NCBI GenBank assembly: GCA_047947115.1
Contig: CP170459.1
Location: 3,040,001 to 3,104,000, forward strand
From: Verrucomicrobiota bacterium
Lineage (GTDB): Bacteria; Verrucomicrobiota; Verrucomicrobiia; Limisphaerales; AAA164-E04
Length of the DNA: 64,000 bases
Direction of reading: 5' to 3'
Numbering within the stretch: position 1 is the first letter of the stretch; every line of letters starts with the position of its first letter. Positions 50,448-58,545 of this stretch are shown here, in pieces. Below the pieces are notes generated by a model. It had not been told where the DNA came from and did not search any database. It saw only the letters and a program-made list of their open reading frames with translations. The translations under genes were made by a program, and so were the position numbers.

Positions 50448-52097
50448 ATGAGAAGTTTCAAGGCCATCCTGTTTCTTTTGCTGGGTGTGGTGCTGATTGT
50501 CGGCGCCATCCTCACTCCGGCGTATCTGCGCGCCGTTGATCGTGGCGTGTTGGAAACAGCCGGGGGTGAACCCGAGTTGGTCAGCGAGGCTTTTTCTTTG
50601 TTGAGTTTGGAAAAACCAGGTGTTGCCGAGTTGCTCTACCGCGCTGCGGTTGTCTCTCAATTGGCCGATTTGCCGAAAGTGGAAACGGCTCTTGGGAATG
50701 CTCGCGGTGAACAGGTCGCGGCCTTTCAACAAGGTGATACCGATCCTTTGATCCAAAACTGGATCCAGCTTCACCGCTTGCAGGGAACAAACGTGGTTTC
50801 TTGGTTTGTGTCCAGTGGGTTTCGTGGTTCTGTCGTGGAACATCTGGAGCAATCCAATCGCCCTGGCGTCCGTGAATTGATGCACAATCGATCCCTTCAG
50901 GCACTGGCGTTGTTTTTCCCGGTTTCAAGTGCTGGAGGGCAGGCTTTTGATTCGGCTATTTTGATGACAGGCCTGCTGTATCAAGAGGATCATCTGAATG
51001 CTTCATTTAGAAAAGAATTGGAAACCCTGGCTGCTGAAGCCAATCGGGGATTGGATACCCGTCCTTTGGAGTCGGTTTATCTGGATCTATTGTCGCTGTC
51101 CAAGCGGCTCAATTGGGGGCAGTTAACCGCCTTTATTCAAAAAGTGGACTCAGCTGCCACGCTTAGAACCCTGGTCCATCATGCTTCGCGGTCCGATGAG
51201 ATGCTGGCCACCGTCTTTTCCGGTGTTTGGTTTGCGGAATCAGGTTCTCAGGTGGCGACTTACCTGCGTCGCTATGCGGAGTCCGGTTCGAAGGACCTGC
51301 AAACTGCCGTTGGTTTCGGGCAAGGTTCGGTGCGGTATCTCATGGCGCGTCAGGAGCCGGTATACGTGAGTTCGATGCGTGAGAGTCTCAGAAGTTTAGG
51401 ACTGTTTCAGCCAGTTGCCCATGCGCTGACGGGTATGACGTTTCGATTGCCCATGATCGGGCTTTTAACCAAGTACCTGTTGTTTCTCTTCGGTAGTTTC
51501 TTTGTGTTTCGTTTGATTTATATGCTGAAACCTGGTCCCGATAAGGTGGAAGCTTCACTTCAGGTGGAGGGGATCGGTATTTTACGGCAGCAGATCATGG
51601 CCTTGGTGGCCTTGATCTTCCTGATCGCGTTTGGCGAACCTTTTCTTGCGCAGGATTCCAAAAAGATGGAAAATCCGATCAATTGGAGATTTCCCGTGGT
51701 CGAATCCGCTGTAACGGAGAAAATTGATAAAATTATGGATACAAAAATCACGCAAATTACCATTCTGGCACTGGTCGTTTTCTTTCTCGTCCAGGTGAGT
51801 ATTTATGCCTTGTGTCTGGTCAAGCTCAAGGAGATCAAAAAGCAGGAGGCAAAGAGCCGGCTCAAGCTCAGATTGCTCGACAACGAAGACAACATGTTCG
51901 ATGCCGGACTTTACGTAGGTTTGGGTGGTACCGTTCTGTCGCTGGTGATGCTGGCCTTGGGGATGGTGAATCCCGGTTTGATGTCCGCTTATGCATCGAC
52001 CTTGTTCGGGATCATCTTTGTTTCCGTGCTGAAGATCTTTCACGTGCGTCCCTATCGGCGCAAATTGATTGTTGAAAACGAGATGGAGTCCGCATGA
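50448..52097 (+). CDS. Polytopic membrane protein with C-terminal MotA/TolQ/ExbB-like helices
   Basis: N-terminal TM, about 300-aa soluble domain, five further TMs; GLGGTVLSL and SAYASTLFGI motifs. Confidence 0.7.
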   Translation: MRSFKAILFLLLGVVLIVGAILTPAYLRAVDRGVLETAGGEPELVSEAFSLLSLEKPGVAELLYRAAVVSQLADLPKVETALGNARGEQVAAFQQGDTDPLIQNWIQLHRLQGTNVVSWFVSSGFRGSVVEHLEQSNRPGVRELMHNRSLQALALFFPVSSAGGQAFDSAILMTGLLYQEDHLNASFRKELETLAAEANRGLDTRPLESVYLDLLSLSKRLNWGQLTAFIQKVDSAATLRTLVHHASRSDEMLATVFSGVWFAESGSQVATYLRRYAESGSKDLQTAVGFGQGSVRYLMARQEPVYVSSMRESLRSLGLFQPVAHALTGMTFRLPMIGLLTKYLLFLFGSFFVFRLIYMLKPGPDKVEASLQVEGIGILRQQIMALVALIFLIAFGEPFLAQDSKKMENPINWRFPVVESAVTEKIDKIMDTKITQITILALVVFFLVQVSIYALCLVKLKEIKKQEAKSRLKLRLLDNEDNMFDAGLYVGLGGTVLSLVMLALGMVNPGLMSAYASTLFGIIFVSVLKIFHVRPYRRKLIVENEMESA

Positions 52098-53668
52098 ATC
52101 GACCCTTGCTTATCATTATCTGCGACTTTTTGCTGATCAGCCTGCTCTCGTTGGCGCGGTTTGATCAACAACCGCCCATTGAATCCGAGCAGCCCGAGAT
52201 GACTGAGGCGGAGGAAGCACAGGGGGCGCAGGACATGATGGAGGTACTGCAACTGGCCTTGGAGCAGGAACGTCAGTCGAAAGAGGATCTGGCGCGTGAG
52301 TTGCAGGATATGCAGGACAATCTGCAGAACAAGGAAACCGCACTTCAGGAAAAGGACACTCGGATCGAGGGCATTCAGGAAAACCTGGAAGACGTCGAGC
52401 AACGTGCCGCTCAGTTACAGCGGGAACGGGAGATGTTGCAGCGTCAGTATGACGACACCCAGAAGAATGTGGCGTTTCTGCAGGAGCAATACGTCAATGT
52501 GAAACAGGAAGCCAGGCAGCTTCAGGAGGATTTGACCACGACTTCCGTAACGGCGACCGATTCCAGGGCGCGTCTGGAAACCATTGAATCCGAACTTCAG
52601 GTGCGGCGTCAGGAAGCCCAGCGCATGCAGGATAAGATGGATGAGCTGGAAAAGGAGCGTCAGGAAGCGGAAGAACAAAAATTTCAATTGGCGTTGGAGT
52701 TGAAGCAATCTCAGACCACCGAGATCATCATTCGCGAGCAATTTGATGCCGCCAAAGATGAGATCAAGACCGCCCGGGCCGATGTGGAATATTCTCGTGA
52801 TCAGGTGGATCTGGCTCGTAAGGAAGTGGATCTTGCCAGGGACGAGGTCATGATTGTGCGTCAGGAGAAGGAGCGTATTCAAGAACACGCCGAAGAATTG
52901 GCTGAAGGAGTCGATCAATTGGCGCAGAAATCGGAAGCCATTCGTCAGGACATCAAGGATAACACCCCTCTGGCCGCAAACACCATTTACAATGATTTCG
53001 TGGAGAATCGCATTCGCACGCGATTTTTCGCCGCGCGCAGCGGACTCTTTGGTCAGACCATTGACAAGGAATCTGAAACCAACAGTGTTTTGGTGTCCGA
53101 CGGGACCAATGTCTACGCTCTCTATCACGTGGAAGGCACTCCTTTTCAATTGTGGCAAGCCGAATCGGATTGGGAGCAACTGACGGGAGTGGTGAATCGT
53201 GGGCAGAAGGCTTACAGCATTGCTTTGATGTCCTTCATCAAAGCTGATCCGCGGTTGCTGGTTGTACCGGTGGGAGCGCAGCAGGCAGAGACCTTGGGTG
53301 CCAAGATTTACACCTTGGCGGCTGATCCATTCAAATTCCAGGAAGCGGTCCTGGTCGGGGCGCAGGAGGGTTACTACGGAGAAGCGGAATTCAAGCTGGA
53401 CCCGGCCAATCCCAATTATGTCAAAATGGAAAAGAGGGCCTTTCGCAAACTTGTTGGCAAATTTTCCCCGTCCAAAGGGGATCTGGTCTTCAGTAAGACG
53501 GGTGAGCTGTTGGGGATGATGGTGAACAATGACTACTGTGCAGTGTTGAGTTCCATCGAAACCACACAGAAATTTCGTTTTGGCATGAGCGTCCTTTCGG
53601 AAGGCACCGGACGGATCATGGCCCGGCAGGCTGTGTCTGTGAGTGCGCTACCCTTGCATTTTCAATAA
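52094..53668 (+). CDS. Single-pass protein with MotB/ExbD-like Asp-containing TM, coiled coil and degenerate trypsin-like domain
   Basis: IIICDFLLISLLSL; about 250-aa E/Q-rich coiled coil; ALYHV, DPRLLVV, PSKGDLVFSKTGELLGM. Confidence 0.65.
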   Translation: MNRPLLIIICDFLLISLLSLARFDQQPPIESEQPEMTEAEEAQGAQDMMEVLQLALEQERQSKEDLARELQDMQDNLQNKETALQEKDTRIEGIQENLEDVEQRAAQLQREREMLQRQYDDTQKNVAFLQEQYVNVKQEARQLQEDLTTTSVTATDSRARLETIESELQVRRQEAQRMQDKMDELEKERQEAEEQKFQLALELKQSQTTEIIIREQFDAAKDEIKTARADVEYSRDQVDLARKEVDLARDEVMIVRQEKERIQEHAEELAEGVDQLAQKSEAIRQDIKDNTPLAANTIYNDFVENRIRTRFFAARSGLFGQTIDKESETNSVLVSDGTNVYALYHVEGTPFQLWQAESDWEQLTGVVNRGQKAYSIALMSFIKADPRLLVVPVGAQQAETLGAKIYTLAADPFKFQEAVLVGAQEGYYGEAEFKLDPANPNYVKMEKRAFRKLVGKFSPSKGDLVFSKTGELLGMMVNNDYCAVLSSIETTQKFRFGMSVLSEGTGRIMARQAVSVSALPLHFQ

Positions 53669-53745
53669 CATTTCCACGGAGAATTTTCCGCATCCTGATG
53701 AGATGTCTTGATCTTCTCGTCTAATGCGTGAAGGGTTCCTGTGTG

Positions 53746-55203
53746 ATGGATCTCCAAGCATATCTTCTGCCTGGGTGGCAAATCTTTCTGATTTTCCTTG
53801 GTTTGCTCCTGGCTGGGCTGACCTCTTCCCACGCGGTGATGTACAAGCGGGATGCCCGGTCTGCCCTGCTTTGGGTGGCATTCATCTGGTTTCTTCCCAT
53901 TGCCGGTTCCCTGCTTTATGGCGTTCTGGGTGTGAATCGTGTCCGACGTCGCGCCTTGATTCTCCGCGGGGACATGGAACAATTCACTTCATGCCCGGCG
54001 GTGACTCCGGGGGATCCTGAAAACCTTCAATCGGCTTTTGGAGAAGAACTCGATCAATGGAGACCGCACTTTCATGCGCTCAGGCAAATCACCTCGCGAC
54101 CGCTACTGCCAGGTAATTCCATGGACGTTCTTGTCAATGGTGAAGAGGCCTATCCGGCCATGGTGCATGCCATAGATCAAGCACAAGAAACAGTTGGATT
54201 CGCTTCCTACATTTTTGATCATTGTCCGGCGGGAATCGAATTTGTGGAAGCATTTCGCCGAGCCAAAAACAGGGGAGTGGAGGTGCGTGTTCTGGTGGAT
54301 TCAACAGGATCCTTGTATTCCTGGCCGACCATATTCAAAGCGCTGCATGAGGCCGCGATACCTTGTGCCAAATTTCTTTCGTTCAGCGCCATCAAGCGTC
54401 CCTTGACTTTGAACCTGCATAATCACCGCAAGTTGTTGGTTGTTGACGGCAGGATAGGATTCACGGGTGGGATGAATATTCGCCAGGGGCATATGACCAA
54501 AAGTGCGGAAAAGAACCAGGTGCAGGATCTTCAGTTCAAATTCACCGGCCCGGTGGTGGCGCACATGCAAGAAGCCTTCGTGAATGATTGGTATTTCAGC
54601 TCCGATGAAAGATTGAGTGAAGATTTGTGGTTTCCTTCTTTGGGGCAAACAGGTGAGGTTTACGCGCGTGGCATTACGGATGGACCAGATGAAGATCTGG
54701 ATAAACTTCTCTGGACACTTTTGAGCGCCTGCCACACGGCACGTAAATCAATACACATCATGACACCTTACTTTTTGCCCGACGCTTCCCTTATTTCGGC
54801 GCTGTGTCTGGCTGCCATGCGCGGGGTGGAGGTTCATATATTGCTGCCAGCCAAGAACAACCTGCCGTTTGTTCAATGGGCCACACATGCGATGCTTTGG
54901 CAGGTGTTGGTGAAAGGTTGCCGTGTATGGGAATCTCCTCCTCCCTTCGAACATGGTAAGCTCATGCTCGTGGATGGCCACTGGGCTCTGGTTGGTTCCT
55001 CCAACTGGGATGCGCGTAGTTTGCGCTTAAATTTCGAGTTCAACGTGGAATGCTATCACCCTGGAACCGTGCGTCATCTCGAGCGTATCCTGGACTCGAA
55101 GATCGCGCAGTCAAAGGAAGTCACCTTGGAGGATATGGACGCCAGATCTGTTCCAGTCAGGATCCGTGATGGTGTGATGCGATTGGCGACTCCTTACCTC
55201 TGA
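53746..55203 (+). CDS. cls: Cardiolipin synthase
   Basis: Two N-terminal TMs; two HKD motifs (NHRKLLVVDG, EHGKLMLVDG); GSSNWD.RS..LNFE. Confidence 0.93.
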   Translation: MDLQAYLLPGWQIFLIFLGLLLAGLTSSHAVMYKRDARSALLWVAFIWFLPIAGSLLYGVLGVNRVRRRALILRGDMEQFTSCPAVTPGDPENLQSAFGEELDQWRPHFHALRQITSRPLLPGNSMDVLVNGEEAYPAMVHAIDQAQETVGFASYIFDHCPAGIEFVEAFRRAKNRGVEVRVLVDSTGSLYSWPTIFKALHEAAIPCAKFLSFSAIKRPLTLNLHNHRKLLVVDGRIGFTGGMNIRQGHMTKSAEKNQVQDLQFKFTGPVVAHMQEAFVNDWYFSSDERLSEDLWFPSLGQTGEVYARGITDGPDEDLDKLLWTLLSACHTARKSIHIMTPYFLPDASLISALCLAAMRGVEVHILLPAKNNLPFVQWATHAMLWQVLVKGCRVWESPPPFEHGKLMLVDGHWALVGSSNWDARSLRLNFEFNVECYHPGTVRHLERILDSKIAQSKEVTLEDMDARSVPVRIRDGVMRLATPYL

Positions 55204-55350
55204 GTTTGATTCAATTATTTTTCCCCGGATTTGCACAGCTGAAAGCAGATATATCGATAAAAGAATTTCTGAGCGAATGTGCGATTGATTCACTTTTTTT
55301 GGCGATCGCCAATTTCAATGTTTTTTTCGTTCAGTTCCTGCGGATAAACA

Positions 55351-55388
55351 AAAAGCCCGACAGGAGAGAGTCCTGCCGGGTGTTTTTA
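55351..55388. terminator. Probable bidirectional terminator between cls and flagellin
   Basis: AAAA-GCCCGACAGGA-gagag-TCCTGCCGGG-TGTTTTT. Confidence 0.75.
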
Positions 55389-55413
55389 TGCCGTTGATTC
55401 AGGTGGAAATCAC

Positions 55414-56223
55414 CTAACCGATCAAGCGCAGCGCCGATTGTGGAATGGCGTTGGCTTGCGCGAGCATGGCTGTTCCGGATTGAACCAGGATGTTTTGACT
55501 TGCAAAATTCGCGCTTTCCTCGGCAACGTCCACATCCTTGATGCGGCTGTTTGCTGCGGAAATGTTGTCTTTCAACACGGCCAGCTGTGAACTGGTACTT
55601 TCCAGACGCGAGATGTTTGCTCCCACAGATGCACGATCCGTGGCCAGCTGATTGATGGCAGTTTTCACCGCCGTCAGAGCAGACGAAGCCCCGGCGGTTG
55701 TTCCGACCGCCAGTGAATTCAATGCGGTATAACTGCCTCCTGCGGCCAGATCGACGCCTGAAGCAGCAAACTTGGTTCCGTCACTGTCAATGGTCACATT
55801 CAGACCGGAACCATTGAACAAACTGACACCGTTGAAATCTTTTTTTGTGATATCAACGATATAGCTATCCAAGGTCTGGAATTCCTTGTCGTACAAACCG
55901 CGATCCGTATCGGATTTGGTTTCGTCCTGCGCCAGCATGGCCAGCTCACTCATGCGATCCAGCGCCTTGCCGACTTTGTTGAGGAAACCGTCCTGCGTCT
56001 GGGAGAACGAAACGGCGTTTCCGACATTGTCCTTTGCTGCCTGGATGCGGCTGACTTGGGCGTCGAACTTCAGCGATACCGCAGTACCTGCCGCATCGTC
56101 TGCGGGTGAGTTCAGCTTTGACCCTGAAGATAATCGTGCCAGTGATTTCTGCAATGATGTGGTCGATTCGCTGAGAATACGAGAGGCCATTGCAGCCGAT
56201 GGGTTGGTGTTGATGACTACCAT
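55414..56223 (-). CDS. fliC: Flagellin (short, about 269 aa)
   Basis: INTN, RLSSG..NSPADDAAG, FNG..L, RA.VGA..SRL, SRIKDVDVAEE, QSGTAMLAQAN. Confidence 0.97.
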   Translation of the reverse strand: MVVINTNPSAAMASRILSESTTSLQKSLARLSSGSKLNSPADDAAGTAVSLKFDAQVSRIQAAKDNVGNAVSFSQTQDGFLNKVGKALDRMSELAMLAQDETKSDTDRGLYDKEFQTLDSYIVDITKKDFNGVSLFNGSGLNVTIDSDGTKFAASGVDLAAGGSYTALNSLAVGTTAGASSALTAVKTAINQLATDRASVGANISRLESTSSQLAVLKDNISAANSRIKDVDVAEESANFASQNILVQSGTAMLAQANAIPQSALRLIG

Positions 56224-56227
56224 TTTT

Positions 56228-56272
56228 AACTCCTTCCTATGAGTTATCGTTTGCGCGACATCCATGCCGCGC
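56228..56272 (-). promoter_or_regulatory. Two GGA-loop hairpins in flagellin 5' UTR (CsrA-type sites)
   Basis: GCGCGGCAT-GGA-TGTCGCGC and AACTC-ATAGGAAG-GAGTT, the second overlapping the Shine-Dalgarno. Confidence 0.7.
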
Positions 56273-56336
56273 GGAATTTTTAATGAGGATGATTCCGAAC
56301 CTTTGTTCTAATGCGGTTGAACCGCCTTCATCACGT

Positions 56337-56363
56337 GTATCGGAAGAATGGAGTTAAACTTAA
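56337..56363 (-). promoter_or_regulatory. sigma28 (FliA) promoter of flagellin
   Basis: TTAAGTTT-N11-TCCGATAC versus consensus TAAAGTTT-N11-GCCGATAA; AT-rich tract upstream. Confidence 0.8.
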
Positions 56364-57079
56364 GTGTTAATTAAAAATAAATATATATTGCAAAAAATAC
56401 GTATATAACAATATAAAAAAAAAGCAGGTCGATAAAAGTTGAGTTAAATCGATCCGCGCTCAAGAAAGGTTCGGGAATGAATCTTTGACCTTGCTTGATT
56501 TCTTTTTGATTTGTTGGGTGGATGTCCTGATATCTTGGTCTGTTTTCCGGCTGTCCAATATGATTTTGTTCGTTTGAAATTTCCATTCCAAATCAATGAT
56601 GCAGTTTTGCTTTAGTTTGGGGGTGGTCGGCAGAAGGCCAAAGTTGGGGAAGTGCCATCGAGGTGCCATGCCAGTGCAGTGATTTCGTATGGCGTTCTCG
56701 ATCAGGCCTGCTTCATGTTGGTCCATTTTCCTCATCTAAAACGTGGAGAAATTCTGCCGTCACCAAGTCTCAATCGGGAGGCCTGTCCAGATGTGGTAAT
56801 TTCGAAACAGCGACAGGACCAGGCGGATGCAGGTGACTGCATGGCTGATCTTCGGGTAGTACGTTGATGATCACGATGACTCCTTCCATTGAGTTTAGCT
56901 CCAAAGAGATGACTTCCTTGTCAAAGAGGTTCAGGGAACCTCCGCCATTCATCCTGCTGAAATCATGTCTTCCAGCACTCCATTGATCGGCATGCCTGCC
57001 CGATTCTTTAGAGGTAATTTGGGAAATACCGTGAATTTGGTGTGTCACCAAAACCTGTTTGCGTCGCTCACAGGCTCAT

Positions 57080-58339
57080 TCAGGTCTTTTTGGCTGCGCC
57101 TGTTACCGGATCAATGGGCCATGCCTTGATGATGGAATTAACCAGTGTGGCCAAGGGGATGGCAAAGAAAACGCCCCAGAATCCCCAAAGTCCTCCAAAC
57201 AACAGAATCGCTGCGATGATGGCGATTGGATGCAGGCTGGTGGCTTCGGAAAGCAACACAGGAGCCAGCACGTTGCCGTCAAGAGCTTGAATAATGGAAT
57301 AAGCAATGAGCAACCAAACGAAGGTGGAGGTCATGCCGAACTGGTAGTATCCGATCACAATAATGGGGATGTACATCAATGTCGCTCCCACATAAGGGAC
57401 CAACACGGAAAGTCCGACGAACAGTGACACCAACAGAGTGGCTCGTAATCCAAACAACATCAGAGTCAGGTAGGTGACGCCCCACACGATGATGACTTCC
57501 CAGAATTTTCCACGCACGTAGTTGCTGGTCTGGATGTTGACTTCTTCCCACACTTGACTGGTCAGAGTGCGATCATGTGGCAGGAATTTTGAAAACCATT
57601 TCAGAATTGCTTCCTTGTCTTTGAGGATGAAAAAGACCAGCACGGGAACCAACACCAGGTAAAGCATCCAGACGACGACATTTTTCAGAGATGAAATAGA
57701 CAGGGTGATGGCCTGTTTGCCGATTTCAGTCAATTCCTGTTCGACGGTTCGAGTCAATCGTTCATAACTGGATCCATCTGAGGTCGAATCGGCCGGAGGC
57801 ATAAGACCTCCGGTGAAACGCGTATCGTCGAAAAACTGTTGTGGCCCGTGCAGTTCATTGGTGGATGCAAGAGATGTGTTGACATCGTTCGACGCAATGT
57901 CGGTTTCGTTCGTTTGTGAGAGGCTCGTCGGAGAGTTGTTGAAAAAGGCTGGCAGACGGCGGTTTCTAAAGTCTTCGTATCTTTGGTAAGTACTGCGCAT
58001 GTTGTTGGAGACATCCTTCACAATGCCCGGAACATCGTTCCGGACAAACTTGTCCAGCTCGGAAACCAAACTGGGAAGCACCACGAAAAACAAGAGGAAT
58101 ACCGACAGTAGAAATAGCACGAATACCCCACAAACAGCGACAAGTCTGGGCACGCCATGCTTCTGAACCCGCATGATAATACCGTCCAAAAGATAGGCGA
58201 CCACCACCGAAGCGAGGATGGGCGCCAGGAAATCTCCGAAGAAGAAAATGGTCAAGAATACTGTCAGCAATAATGATGCTAACAGAACTATCTGTGGATT
58301 AGATAGTTGGCGTTTCAGCCAGTCCTTGATAAGATCCAT
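57080..58339 (-). CDS. AI-2E/PerM family transporter
   Basis: LAPILAS.V.AYLL, YVRGK..E, VPYVG, IQALDGNVL.P.L, LHP, GG.WGFWGVFFAIPLA. Confidence 0.93.
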   Translation of the reverse strand: MDLIKDWLKRQLSNPQIVLLASLLLTVFLTIFFFGDFLAPILASVVVAYLLDGIIMRVQKHGVPRLVAVCGVFVLFLLSVFLLFFVVLPSLVSELDKFVRNDVPGIVKDVSNNMRSTYQRYEDFRNRRLPAFFNNSPTSLSQTNETDIASNDVNTSLASTNELHGPQQFFDDTRFTGGLMPPADSTSDGSSYERLTRTVEQELTEIGKQAITLSISSLKNVVVWMLYLVLVPVLVFFILKDKEAILKWFSKFLPHDRTLTSQVWEEVNIQTSNYVRGKFWEVIIVWGVTYLTLMLFGLRATLLVSLFVGLSVLVPYVGATLMYIPIIVIGYYQFGMTSTFVWLLIAYSIIQALDGNVLAPVLLSEATSLHPIAIIAAILLFGGLWGFWGVFFAIPLATLVNSIIKAWPIDPVTGAAKKT

Positions 58340-58545
58340 GGTTCCAACATAGGGCGTCCACGGTCCATCAGCAAGTCTTTAGGAAATATACGCTCAGGAT
58401 TTTTCTTATCACTTTGCTACTTGACCGGATCGGAGAATGGATGCATGGATTTCTGAACTGAATCGCCCGGACCTTATGCTGAAGAAGACACTTAATGTCT
58501 ATTTTCTCCAGCGGTTGTGGCGTCATCTCAAGAATGCCAAAGGAT

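Noticed and set aside
50337..50885. N-terminal extension of the NUDIX ORF to 355 aa
   Set aside because: Overlaps the opposite-strand gene at 50448; the domain begins at ATG 50336
50448..53668. Zorya ZorAB or flagellar MotAB
   Set aside because: B lacks an OmpA-like domain, the coiled coil is on B not A, and there are no zorC/D/E or flagellar neighbours
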